A DNA stretch of 64,000 nt, from NCBI GenBank assembly GCA_038248205.1, contig JBBRUC010000001.1, forward strand, positions 32,480-96,479. The letters run 5' to 3'. A program made the position numbers and the translations under genes. Of this stretch, positions 1 to 11,727 are shown in pieces; position 1 is the stretch's first letter; every line of letters begins with the position of its first letter. Below the pieces are notes generated by a model, which was not told the DNA's origin, did no database searches, and worked only from the letters and a program-made list of their open reading frames with translations. The stretch comes from Thermoanaerobaculia bacterium. Its GTDB lineage: Bacteria; Acidobacteriota; Thermoanaerobaculia; Multivoradales; UBA5704.

Positions 1-931
1 CGGTCGATCACGATCGCCCCCAGCAGCGCCGCGGGAACCTCCACCCAGACCTGGGCCGAATAGAGGAGTAGCGGCGGCGAAAAAGCCGCCAGCGCATAGG
101 CGAGCAGCGCGCCGGTGGGGCCGATGTTCGGATAGCGCTCGGCGAGGCGGAGGGTCATCCAGGCGAGCGCGGCGGCCATCACGATCATTATGGCGAGCGC
201 CCCGGGGAGCCCGGCGAGCCGATAGCTCGGAGCGAGCAGCAGCGGCAGCATCTCGTTGTGGCGCGAATAGAGCTCGCCGTGCGGACCGACCGGATCGCCC
301 GGCTGGGGCTCGATCGGCCGCGGCATGAAATGGCGCCACTCGCCTTCCCGGTAGTCGTCGGTCAGGTCGGCGTCGAAATCGTAGGCCAGGCTGTGGGTGA
401 TCAGCAGATAGTAGGGCTCGTCGCCGTCCGGCGGCCGCTGCTCTGAGGTCCAGGGAAGGATCGCGAGGTAGGCCAGCAGCGGCAAAACGAAGAACGGCCA
501 GCCGGGCGTTGCGGGCGGGGCAGGGAGCCCGCTGGTCTGCGGCGCGCCGGTTCCCAGCAGGGGCCGGAGCGCGAGCGTCTGCCGCGCCAGCCGGTGGGAG
601 AGAACGAGCGCGAAGCCCGCCGCGAGCACCGGCTCCATCCCGGAGATCCCGAGGTGCCCGCGGCCGATCGCAAGCAGGGTGAGCAGCGCCAGAGCGATCG
701 CTTCGCCGCCGCGCGCCGCGGGGGGAATCCGCCGCGCGCCGCGCCTCACCGCACCCCGTTCGAGCAGGACGAACCCGGCGATCAGAGCGGGGAGCAGAGC
801 GATCGTGCTGCGCAGTGGATCGTCCGCCGCGAGCGGCAGCAGCGCCCGGCAGGCGAGGGAGGCCGCGATCCCTCCGAGCAGGAGAGCGACCGCCCGGACC
901 GTCCCGGCGAACCGGACGCGGGAAGGGGTCA
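1..931 (-). CDS. PMT/ArnT-family (GT39/GT83-like) membrane glycosyltransferase, N-terminal part; the gene continues past the window start
   Basis: Reverse-strand translation from ATG 931..929 gives MTPSRVRFAGTVRAVALLLGG..., with several hydrophobic helices and a DEPYYLLITHSLAYDFDADLTDDYREGEWRHF loop typical of the DE-motif loop of ArnT/PMT glycosyltransferases. No in-window stop, so it is partial and absent from the ORF track. Codon usage is consistent with the genome. Confidence 0.55.
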
Positions 932-995
932 TGGCCGGCGCCCCATCGAACCGCTACCCGGTTCGCCGCCGCTTCTGAGGTATCGTCCCGCTTCG

Positions 996-1747
996 TGAGC
1001 CGCAATGCTTTTCGCTGGAAGAACGCTTGGGCGCGGCTCCTCGCCGGGCTGCCGGTGCGCGGGCCGGTGATCTCCCCCGAAGTGCCGAACGATCTGTTCC
1101 AGGCGCATCGTTCTTTCTACGCGTTCGCCGCCGGTTTCGCCGCGGGGCGGGCGGTGCTCGACCTCGGTTGCGGCACCGGCTATGGCACGGCGGACCTGCT
1201 CGCGGCGGGCGCCCGGCGCGCGGTGGGGATCGATCCGGAAGCACGACTGATCCGCTACGCTCAACGCCGCTTCCGCGCCCCGGGCCTCGATTTTCGCGTC
1301 GGACGGGCGGAGCAGCCGCCGGCCGATCTCGGAAGCTTCGACCGGATCGTCCTGGGCAATGTGCTGACCCACCTCGCCGATCCCGACGCCGCGCTCGCCG
1401 CCTCGGCCGATCTGCTGAGGCCGGACACCGGCGGCTCCGAAGCAGCCCTTCTGATCGCCTCCGTGCCGCCGATTCTGGATGGCCAGACGCTCGCGCAGCA
1501 CAAGGCGCTCGGCGCGGTGAACGCGCGCTTCCTGTGGGATTGGGACGAGATCCTCGCGGGCCATTTCCCGCATCTTCGCCTGTTCCGCTGTCTGCCGCCC
1601 GATGGGGTTCATCCCGATTTCGGCGATCCCGCGCCGTCGCGCCTCGCCCCCGGCGATTTCCGCTTCGAGGAGATTCCCCGCGCGAACCTCGACGACGTTG
1701 GCGGCCTCGCGGCGGTGTTCGTCGCCTCGCCGAAACCCACGTCGTAA
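996..1747 (+). CDS. Class I SAM-dependent methyltransferase
   Basis: Motif I VLDLGCGTGYGTADLL followed by GIDPEARLIRYAQRRF. A GTG at 996 is preceded by GAGGT. The track ORF starts at 815 but would overlap the divergent upstream gene, so the exact start is uncertain. Confidence 0.65.
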
Positions 1748-1779
1748 AACACCGCGTCGGGGCGAGCGGCCGAGGGGGA

Positions 1780-2826
1780 TCAGGGAATCTCCGGCGGTGC
1801 GTGACCGCGGAGCGGGTTGTCGAAGCCGCGGGCGGCGCTCTCCTCTAGGGAACCCGCCGGGGTCAAAATCCGGTCCGTGCCGAACGAGCGGCTCTTCGGC
1901 GCGTCGTCCGTCCCCGGTACAAGCACCGTCTGCCGCACCCGCCGGTAGTTGCCCAGGGTCAAAAAATGGACCACGAAACTCTTCCGGGTGAGCGCCGGAT
2001 CGTTCGGGTTCGAGCCGCCGTGAAGCAACGAGTGGTGCCAAAGCAGGACGCTGCCGCGGCGGCAGAGGAACGGCTCGGGGCGGAGGTTTTTCTTTGCCCC
2101 CTCTTCCAGATCGTGCGCCAGCGCCTGCTCCAGCCGTTCCGGGCCGTGGCGGCCGTGGTCGAAACGATGATCGCCGGGCTCGAACTCGTAGTAGGGGAGC
2201 CGGTGCGAGCCCGGCACGTAGGTGAGCGGCCCGCAGTCCGGCCCGATGTCTTCGAGAGCGATCCAGGCCGCCAGCAGGTGGCTCGGGGGGGAGGTATGCA
2301 CGTGGATCGGATCGCGATGAAGCGTCTGCTGGCTACCGTACTCGAAGTGGAGCGATTGGGTGGCCACGCCTGAGCGATCGAACACCAGATCGACCCAGCG
2401 GAAGATTTCGGGGTTCAAGTAGAGATCGGCGGCGGCGGCGCTCGCCGAATGCAGATCGGCGATCCGGACCGAGGGGCGCCGGTCGTGCGCCTCGTCGGCG
2501 AGCGGGAAGAGCTTGAGCCCGCTCTGATAGGCGAACGCCACGTCCCACGGCTTGTCCCGCCAGAGTCGATCGACGTCCGCCTCGATCCTTCGCGCCGCGG
2601 CCTCGGGCAGCTCGATCTCGAACGTCAGATAGCCGCGCTCGACGAAATGGCGGAGCTTCTCCGCTTCCGTTCCCGAGATCTCCTCGTTCCGCTCCCGTTC
2701 GGCGATCCGCGCGGCGGCATCCGGCTGATCGAGCCAGAGATCGCTCTTGAGCAGCCCCTGGCGCGAGAGGGGGCTTGCCGGATCGTCCTTCTTGCCGAAG
2801 ACTCCCCCGAATAGACGTCCGAGCAT
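1780..2826 (-). CDS. Phytanoyl-CoA dioxygenase (PhyH) family Fe(II)/2-oxoglutarate oxygenase
   Basis: 348 aa with an HxD...H facial triad (HRDPIHVH ... WHHSLLHGG) and overall PhyH-like pattern. Confidence 0.7.
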   Translation of the reverse strand: MLGRLFGGVFGKKDDPASPLSRQGLLKSDLWLDQPDAAARIAERERNEEISGTEAEKLRHFVERGYLTFEIELPEAAARRIEADVDRLWRDKPWDVAFAYQSGLKLFPLADEAHDRRPSVRIADLHSASAAAADLYLNPEIFRWVDLVFDRSGVATQSLHFEYGSQQTLHRDPIHVHTSPPSHLLAAWIALEDIGPDCGPLTYVPGSHRLPYYEFEPGDHRFDHGRHGPERLEQALAHDLEEGAKKNLRPEPFLCRRGSVLLWHHSLLHGGSNPNDPALTRKSFVVHFLTLGNYRRVRQTVLVPGTDDAPKSRSFGTDRILTPAGSLEESAARGFDNPLRGHAPPEIP

Positions 2827-2891
2827 CCGTGGATTCTACGAAAACGGCCGGCCCGGGGAAACCCGAGCCGGCCTTGAGGGAAGAAGCTGGT

Positions 2892-2916
2892 CCCTTCGCC
2901 GCAAAGGCGAAGGGGG
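2892..2916 (-). terminator. GC-rich hairpin (CCCTTCGCC-gcaaa-GGCGAAGGG) just downstream of the lon stop
   Basis: Perfect 9-bp inverted repeat with a 5-nt loop between lon and the PhyH gene. No strong U-tract, so it is only a putative terminator. Confidence 0.35.
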
Positions 2917-2921
2917 GACCG

Positions 2922-5489
<2,568 letters not shown>

Positions 5490-5820
5490 CTTCGATGACT
5501 CCCTGACCTCGTTCGAGGTCTGCCAAGGTGGCGCGCAATCTTCTGGGCGCCGCGTAAAGCTTGGAACCGCCAGGCACCCCTTGGTATTCCAGCTGAATCC
5601 AGGGCTCCAAGAGAATCTTAGCTGCCAAGGCTCATACATTGACGGACGCAGGTCCGTGAGTTGGACGTTGAACTCTCTCGGAGAGAAAGTCAAGAGATCG
5701 CAACCCCCGCCCGGAACGCGCGTAGAGTTGGAGCCACACTCTCTAACCCGAAGCGATTCGCTCGAATTCGAATCGCACCGTCCGGCACCGACCGTCCGTG
5801 GCCGCCCGAGGAGATCCGTG

Positions 5821-7353
5821 ATGAAGCGCTTTCGTTTTCTGCCTGTCTTTGCCCTCCTGCTCGCCGTTTCCCGCTTGGCCGCGGCGTTGCCGGACTCGAT
5901 GACTGACAAGGCCAAACCGGCGGCCGAGCCGGCGGCACCGGCCGAGAAGAAATCGGTGACCTCCCACTCGATCGTCCTCGGCGGTCAGCGTCTGGCCTAC
6001 ACCGCCACGGCCGGGACGATCGTCCTACGCGACGACGACGGCAAGGCGAAGGCCTCGGTCTTCTCGATCTCCTACGTTAAGGACGGGGTGAGCGATCCCG
6101 CCACCCGCCCGATCACCTTCTGTTTCAATGGCGGGCCGGGGACCTCATCGCTGTGGGTCCATCTCGGAGCGTTCGGGCCGCGGCGGGTCGAGACCGACGC
6201 CGAAGGTCTGCACTTTGCCACCCCCTCCCGCCTGGTCGACAACGAATTCTCCATCTTCGATGTCACCGACCTGGTGTTCATCGACCCGGTGACCACCGGC
6301 TGGAGCCGGGCGGCCCCAGGGGAAGATCCCAAGCAGTTTCACGGCTATACCGAGGACATCGAGTCGGTCGGCGAGTTCATCCGCCTCTGGCTGGCCCGCA
6401 ATCAACGCTTTGCGTCGCCCAAAATGATCGCCGGCGAGAGTTACGGCACGGCGCGGGCGGCCGGCCTCGCGCTGTTTCTCCTCGAGCGCTACGGTATCCA
6501 GCTGAATGGCGTGGCGCTGCTCTCCGTCGTGCTCAATTGGCAGAACCAGGAATTCGCGATCGGCAACGACATCCCGTATCTGATCCACCTACCGAGCTAT
6601 ACGGCGGCGGCCTGGTACCACGGCCGCCTGGCGCCCGACCTGCAAAAGGACCTGCGCTCCGCGCTCAAGGAAGCCGAGACCTTCGCCCTCGGTGACTACG
6701 CGACCGCTCTGCTTCAAGGCGATCTTCTGCCCACCGACCGCCGTCACGAGATCGCCGCCCATCTCGCCCGGCTGACGGGTTTGTCGACCGAGTTCGTCGA
6801 GCGGGCGGACCTGAAGATCGAGCTGTTTCGCTTCTTGAAAGAGCTATTGCGCAGCGAAGGCAAGACCGTCGGCCGGATCGACGCCCGCTTCACCGGCCGC
6901 GACCTCGACTCGGCGGGGGAGGAACCTGAGTTCGATCCGTCGATCGTCGGCCTCGAAGGGCCGTACGCGGTGGCGATCAACGATTATCTACGCCGCGATC
7001 TGGGCTACCAGGAAGATGCCGTCTACGAGCACTTTACCCGGAAGGTGCGGCCCTGGAACTGGGGCGGCGGCAACGGCTATGTCAACGTGGCCGAGTCGCT
7101 TCGCAAGGCGATCACCAAGAATCCCGGCCTCCACGTGATGATCGCGAGCGGCTTTTTCGATTTCGCGACCCCGTACTTCGATGCCCACTACACCCTGGCG
7201 CACATGGGGCTGCCGGCGGAAATGCGCGATCGGGTGCGAATCGAGACCTACGAGGCCGGCCACATGATGTACGTCAAATCCTCGGAGCACCGGAAGCTGC
7301 ACGACGACCTGGTCCGCTTCTATCGGGAAGCGACGGGAAACGCCGGGCGCTGA
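5821..7353 (+). CDS. Secreted S10-family serine carboxypeptidase-like peptidase
   Basis: Signal peptide MKRFRFLPVFALLLAVSRLAAA. Motifs FCFNGGPGTSSLW and GESYGT (catalytic Ser) match peptidase S10. GAGGAG Shine-Dalgarno before ATG 5821. Confidence 0.75.
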   Translation: MKRFRFLPVFALLLAVSRLAAALPDSMTDKAKPAAEPAAPAEKKSVTSHSIVLGGQRLAYTATAGTIVLRDDDGKAKASVFSISYVKDGVSDPATRPITFCFNGGPGTSSLWVHLGAFGPRRVETDAEGLHFATPSRLVDNEFSIFDVTDLVFIDPVTTGWSRAAPGEDPKQFHGYTEDIESVGEFIRLWLARNQRFASPKMIAGESYGTARAAGLALFLLERYGIQLNGVALLSVVLNWQNQEFAIGNDIPYLIHLPSYTAAAWYHGRLAPDLQKDLRSALKEAETFALGDYATALLQGDLLPTDRRHEIAAHLARLTGLSTEFVERADLKIELFRFLKELLRSEGKTVGRIDARFTGRDLDSAGEEPEFDPSIVGLEGPYAVAINDYLRRDLGYQEDAVYEHFTRKVRPWNWGGGNGYVNVAESLRKAITKNPGLHVMIASGFFDFATPYFDAHYTLAHMGLPAEMRDRVRIETYEAGHMMYVKSSEHRKLHDDLVRFYREATGNAGR

Positions 7354-7394
7354 GGCGCTTACTCGGGGCCTGCGGGCCGGCCTTTCCTTTGATA

Positions 7395-8255
7395 TTAGGG
7401 GCCGGCCACCAGGCCGCGCAGTACGTCGAGGTCTTGGCGCAGCCCCGCCTGATCGTCGCCCGGATCGGTTTCGAGCACCATCGGCACGGTGGCGAAACGT
7501 GGGTCAGAAAGCAGGCGGGCGAACGCTGGGTGCCCGATCTCGCCCTTGCCGATGTGCTCGTGGCGGTCGCGGCGCGAGGCGAACGGCTTGGCCGAGTCGT
7601 TCAGATGGAAGGCGCCGAGGGCTGAGCCGAAGCGTTCGGCCGCCTCGGCCGCGAATTCTTCGTAGCCGGCCGGCTCGTGGATCGCGTAGCCGGCCGCGAA
7701 GGCATGACAGGTGTCCAGGCAGACGCCCGTGCGTTCCGGCGAAGCGAGGCGGGAACGGATCGCCGCCAACTGCTCCAAGCGCCAGCCGATCGTCGAGCCC
7801 TGGCCCGCGGTGTTCTCCAAGAGGACGCGCGGGGTGGCTTCCGGCAGTCCGGAGAAGATCTCGTCGAGCGAGGCCGCGGCGCGGGCGATTCCGTCCTCTT
7901 CGCCGGTACCGAGGTGGGCGCCGGGGTGGAGAACGAGCCCGTCGATTCCGAGCGCGGCGCAACGGACGAGTTCGTCGGAGAGCGCCGCTTTCGACTTCGC
8001 GAGAATCTCCGCGTCGGTCGCCGCGAGGTTGATCAAGTAGCTGGCATGGGCGATCACCGAGCCGATCGCGCTCCGGGCCCGGGCGGCACGGAATGCGGCG
8101 ATCTCCTCCGGCAGGATCGTCCGGCCGCGCCACTGGTTGGCGTTTTTGACGAAGACTTGGATCGCGGTGCAGGCGAGGGCGGTGCCATTTTCGATCGCCC
8201 GGGGCATGCCGCCCGCGGTCGAGACGTGGGCGCCGAGAGGGGGTAGGCTGGCCAT
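7395..8255 (-). CDS. nfo: Endonuclease IV (deoxyribonuclease IV)
   Basis: 286 aa with full-length TIM-barrel AP endonuclease family 2 pattern: HASYLINLA, LVLHPGAHLG, CLDTCHAFAAGY, MVLETD. Confidence 0.9.
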   Translation of the reverse strand: MASLPPLGAHVSTAGGMPRAIENGTALACTAIQVFVKNANQWRGRTILPEEIAAFRAARARSAIGSVIAHASYLINLAATDAEILAKSKAALSDELVRCAALGIDGLVLHPGAHLGTGEEDGIARAAASLDEIFSGLPEATPRVLLENTAGQGSTIGWRLEQLAAIRSRLASPERTGVCLDTCHAFAAGYAIHEPAGYEEFAAEAAERFGSALGAFHLNDSAKPFASRRDRHEHIGKGEIGHPAFARLLSDPRFATVPMVLETDPGDDQAGLRQDLDVLRGLVAGP

Positions 8256-8293
8256 GGAGGGGAATTGTACGCGGGCTGGTAGACTGAGCCGCC

Positions 8294-9046
8294 ATGTTGC
8301 GCAAAATCCTTCGCTCGGCGGGTCTTTTAGCCTACGCGCTCCTGGTGGCGACGGTTTTCGTCGTGTGCGGCTATCTCGCCTTCAGCGGCTTCGTCCGCAG
8401 CGGCACGACCACGGTGCCGAAAGTTGGAGGGCTGACGATCGTCGAAGCCGAGAACCTACTGCGCGAGAAGGGCCTGCTGCCGCAACGCAGCAACGCCGAT
8501 CGCTACGACCCGCGGGTGCCCTCCGGGCGAATCGCCCGCCAGACGCCGGATGCCGGCTCCTGGGTCAAGCGCGGCAGCCCGGTCGAGTTGATCGCGTCGC
8601 GCGGGCCGCAGCAGGTCGAGGTTCCCGGGCTCACCGGGCGCGCGCTGTCGGCGGCGCAATTCACTCTCGCGGCGGTGGGCCTGGGGGTCGGCCGCTCGCT
8701 CGCCGTTTTCAGTACCGGCAACCCGGGCGTGGTGATCGAGCAAGACCCTCCCGCGGGAGCCGCCTTGCCGCCCGCTTCACCGGTCGACCTACTGGTCGCC
8801 CTGCCGAGTTCAGGTGAGAAATATGTAATGCCGGATCTCACCTACCGCCACTACGAAGAAGTCCGGCCGGCGTTCGAGCGGCAAGGCTTTCGCCTGGGTA
8901 ACGTGAAGTTCGAGCCCTATGAGGGCGTGGCCTCCGGGGTGATCCTTCGACAGTTTCCGCTCGCCGGTCATCCGGTGAGCCATCAGGACGCGATCTCGCT
9001 GGTCGTTGCGACGGCCGATCGGTTACCCGAGCAGCCGGTTCGTTGA
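8294..9046 (+). CDS. Membrane-anchored protein with three PASTA domains
   Basis: N-terminal TM helix (LLAYALLVATVFVVCGYLAF) followed by three roughly 70-aa repeats with a PASTA-like pattern (VPKVGGLTIVEAENLLREKGL..., VEVPGLTGRALSAAQFTLAAVGLGVG..., VMPDLTYRHYEEVRPAFERQGFRLGNV...). Confidence 0.7.
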   Translation: MLRKILRSAGLLAYALLVATVFVVCGYLAFSGFVRSGTTTVPKVGGLTIVEAENLLREKGLLPQRSNADRYDPRVPSGRIARQTPDAGSWVKRGSPVELIASRGPQQVEVPGLTGRALSAAQFTLAAVGLGVGRSLAVFSTGNPGVVIEQDPPAGAALPPASPVDLLVALPSSGEKYVMPDLTYRHYEEVRPAFERQGFRLGNVKFEPYEGVASGVILRQFPLAGHPVSHQDAISLVVATADRLPEQPVR

Positions 9047-9110
9047 ATTCACCCGGCCCCCATCGCTCTGCCCGACCCAACCACCGTTTGAAGATCCGAG
9101 GCCCCCTCCG

Positions 9111-9797
9111 ATGCGCATCGCCCCTTCGATCCTCGCCGCCGACCTCGCCGACCTAGCGGGGGCGCTCAGCGTCTGCGAGCGCGGCGGCGCCGATTTCGTC
9201 CATGTCGACGTGATGGACGGCCACTTCGTGCCCAATCTGTCGTTTGGCATTCCGGTCCTTGCCGCGATTCGGCGGCGCACCACCCTGCCGCTCGACGTTC
9301 ACCTCATGGTGACCAATCCAGGCGAACTGCTGGACGACTACCTCGCCGCGGGCGCTTCCAGCGTCGCGGTCCATTGGGAGACCGCGCCGCATCTCGATCG
9401 GCTGCTCGACCGCATTCGTCGGGGCGGCGCCCGGGCGGGGGTGGCGATCAACCCGGCGACCCCGGTCGAGTTGTTGATCGACAGCCTGGGGAGGCTCGAC
9501 TACGTCCTTTTGATGTCGGTCAATCCCGGTTTCTCCGGCCAGGCGTTCCTGCCCCACGTCTTGGACAAGGCGCGCCGCCTGCGCCGTCTGTTGGTCGCCG
9601 CGGCGCCGATCGGTACGCCGGGAGGGACGCAGATCGAGATCGGGATCGACGGCGGCATCGGGCGCGATAACATTCGGGCGGCCGCCGAGGCCGGCATCGA
9701 TTCTGCTGTCGTCGGTTCCGCGGTCTTCGGAGCCGCGGACCCCGCCGCCGAAATCGGCGTGCTGCACCGTCTTGCCGCGGCTCCCGCCGCGGAGTGA
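9111..9797 (+). CDS. rpe: Ribulose-phosphate 3-epimerase
   Basis: MRIAPSILAADLADL...VHVDVMDGHFVPNLSFG...MSVNPGFSGQAF is the canonical Rpe TIM-barrel pattern. Start at ATG 9111 (GAGG upstream); the track ORF has a 35-aa spurious extension. Confidence 0.9.
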   Translation: MRIAPSILAADLADLAGALSVCERGGADFVHVDVMDGHFVPNLSFGIPVLAAIRRRTTLPLDVHLMVTNPGELLDDYLAAGASSVAVHWETAPHLDRLLDRIRRGGARAGVAINPATPVELLIDSLGRLDYVLLMSVNPGFSGQAFLPHVLDKARRLRRLLVAAAPIGTPGGTQIEIGIDGGIGRDNIRAAAEAGIDSAVVGSAVFGAADPAAEIGVLHRLAAAPAAE

Positions 9798-9880
9798 ATC
9801 GGCCGATCAGGAGGATCATCTACAGTGCATCGAATCGCGCGAACCGCCGTCCATCCAACCGAAGCCTCCGGGAAGACTCT

Positions 9881-10666
9881 ATGAATCGACCGTTTGCGCT
9901 CGCCTTCGTTCTCCTCGCCGCCGTCGCTCCTCTGGGGCTTGGCGGTTGTCGCTCCGGCACCACCCAAGATCCCATCCTCAAGCTGGCGACGACCGAATCG
10001 CTCACCGCGGGCAAGGCACTCCTGGCGGACAAGAAGTACGCCAAGGCGAGGCCCTACTTCACCCACGCCTATGAAGTTGAACCCAACTCTGCGCAGGGAC
10101 GGGAAGCGCTGCTGCTGGCCGCCGACACCTATTTCCTGGAGGGTGGCAACACCAACCACATCCAGTCGGAAGCGAAGTATCGCGACTACCTCAATCGCTT
10201 CCCGACCAGCGACCAGGCCGCCTACGCGCAGTTCCAGGTCGCCAATTCGCTCGCCGAGCGGATGGAGAAACCGGATCGCGACCAGAGCGTGACCCGCAAG
10301 GCCTTAGAGGCCTATAAGGATCTGCTGCGCCTGTTTCCGACCAGCGACTACGCCGGCCAGGCACGAGAGAAGATGATCGTGGTGCGCGCCAATCTGGCGG
10401 AGCATGAGTTCGTGGTCGGCCGGTTCTACCAGCGCTATGGCATTCCGGCCGCGGCCGCCGGAAGGTTCGAGTACTTGCTGGAGCAGTTTCCGGAATATCC
10501 CACCAAGGACAAGGTGCTCTATTACCTGGGGGTTGCCTATTCGAACAGCGCCAAGGTCGACGAGTCGCAAAAGACCTTCGAGCGCCTGCGGACCGAATAT
10601 CCCGAGAGCCGGTGGAACCGCGAGATCCCCAAACTGGAGCCTTCGAAACAAAAGGTGGCTTCATGA
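9881..10666 (+). CDS. bamD: Outer membrane protein assembly factor BamD (TPR lipoprotein)
   Basis: Lipoprotein signal MNRPFALAFVLLAAVAPLGLGGC. TPR-like helices with YFTHAYEVEPNS, FPTSDQAAYAQFQVA, FPTSDYAGQAREKM and GRFYQRYGIP are typical of BamD/YfiO. Confidence 0.8.
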   Translation: MNRPFALAFVLLAAVAPLGLGGCRSGTTQDPILKLATTESLTAGKALLADKKYAKARPYFTHAYEVEPNSAQGREALLLAADTYFLEGGNTNHIQSEAKYRDYLNRFPTSDQAAYAQFQVANSLAERMEKPDRDQSVTRKALEAYKDLLRLFPTSDYAGQAREKMIVVRANLAEHEFVVGRFYQRYGIPAAAAGRFEYLLEQFPEYPTKDKVLYYLGVAYSNSAKVDESQKTFERLRTEYPESRWNREIPKLEPSKQKVAS

Positions 10667-11574
10667 CTCAGAAAACACCCCGCTTGCCGGTGCTCGCCGT
10701 CTGGTGTTCGCTCCTCGCAGCCACCGCCTGCGCTTCAGCACCCTCGCGAACCCCGGACGCGAAACCCGACGATCTGGCCGAGCTGAAGGCCCGGGTGGTC
10801 GAACTCCAGCAGAAGGCGGCGATTTCGGATGCGGAGATGGGGCGACTTCGCCAGCAGGTGACCGACCTCGAGGCGCGCCTCGGGGTGCGCCCGGCGACCG
10901 CGACACCGCCACCCCCTCCCGCCAAAAAGCCCGCCCCCACCCCGCCGGCCGCGGCGCCCGCCCGACCGTCTTCGCCTTCGAGCGGCGCGGCCACCACGCC
11001 TCGGCCCGCGCCTCCTCGCGGCCAGGAGATCGAGGTCGCCGACATCGACGTCGTTCCGATCGCTCCAGCCCCTACGGCTCCAACACAGACCGCGCCGACA
11101 CCGGCCGTGCCAAAAGCTCCCCCCGCCGCGAGCCCCCCGCCGGTGACGCCGCCGCCTGCCGCCAAACCCGCCATCCTGCCCGGCACTTCCGTGCCGCAGC
11201 CCGCCACCCAGGCGCTCTACGATCGCGGCTATACGCTTTATCACCAAGGGCATTACGCCGACGCCGAAGCGAGCTTCCAGCGCTTTCTGGAAGGGAACCC
11301 GACGAGCGAACTGGCCGACAACGCCCAGTATTGGATCGGCGAGTGCCGGTATGCGCGGGACGATCTGCGCGGTGCGCTCGACGCCTTCCGGCGGACGGTC
11401 GAGACGTTTCCCCAGGGCAACAAGGTTGCGGACTCTCTGCTCAAAGCCGGCCAGTGCCTGGAGGGGCTGGGCCAGAAGAACGACGCGCGAACGACCTACC
11501 GCGAGGTCGCGCGACGCTTCCCCGGCAGCGCGGCGAGCGCGGTCGCCGAAGAGCGCATCGCCAAGCTCAAGTAA
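10663..11574 (+). CDS. cpoB: Tol-Pal system protein YbgF/CpoB (coiled coil, Pro-rich linker, C-terminal TPR)
   Basis: Signal peptide, coiled-coil segment (LAELKARVVELQQKAAISDAEMGRLRQQVTDLEARL), long Pro/Ala-rich linker, and C-terminal TPR (YDRGYTLYHQGHYADAEASFQRFLEGNPTSELADNAQYWIGECRY). A 4-bp ATGA overlap with the bamD stop implies co-translation. Confidence 0.75.
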   Translation: MTQKTPRLPVLAVWCSLLAATACASAPSRTPDAKPDDLAELKARVVELQQKAAISDAEMGRLRQQVTDLEARLGVRPATATPPPPPAKKPAPTPPAAAPARPSSPSSGAATTPRPAPPRGQEIEVADIDVVPIAPAPTAPTQTAPTPAVPKAPPAASPPPVTPPPAAKPAILPGTSVPQPATQALYDRGYTLYHQGHYADAEASFQRFLEGNPTSELADNAQYWIGECRYARDDLRGALDAFRRTVETFPQGNKVADSLLKAGQCLEGLGQKNDARTTYREVARRFPGSAASAVAEERIAKLK

Positions 11575-11727
11575 CGGCGGCCCGGTCGCCCGTAAGCCAG
11601 GGCATCGTCTCAACCATCGCTTGAGAGGAAGGCGGCTAAACCTTGACCTTCGAAAGCGGATCGGTGTAGCCTAAGCCATAGAGATTTCACTATACGCCGG
11701 CTCTCCCTGGTCGCAGGAGGCCCCTAC

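Noticed and set aside
929-2041. 370-aa minus-strand ORF antisense to the methyltransferase, and several other long antisense ORFs (for example 3330..4712 +, 17042..18955 -, 25462..27501 +, 32550..34520 +, 51066..52550 +, 21839..22360 -)
   Set aside because: All lie opposite strongly supported genes, have Arg/Gly/Pro-rich low-complexity translations typical of high-GC shadow frames, and have no recognizable motifs.
5740-5790. tRNA-like T-loop string GAATTCGAATCG in the 330-bp lon/peptidase intergenic region
   Set aside because: No acceptor, D or anticodon stems can be drawn around it. It is judged not to be a tRNA.
7360-7395. GGCCGGCC-containing hairpin between convergent S10 peptidase and nfo, as a terminator
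   Set aside because: Stem arms rely on the self-complementary GGCCGGCC octamer with a 17-nt loop and no U-tract, so it is too weak to call.
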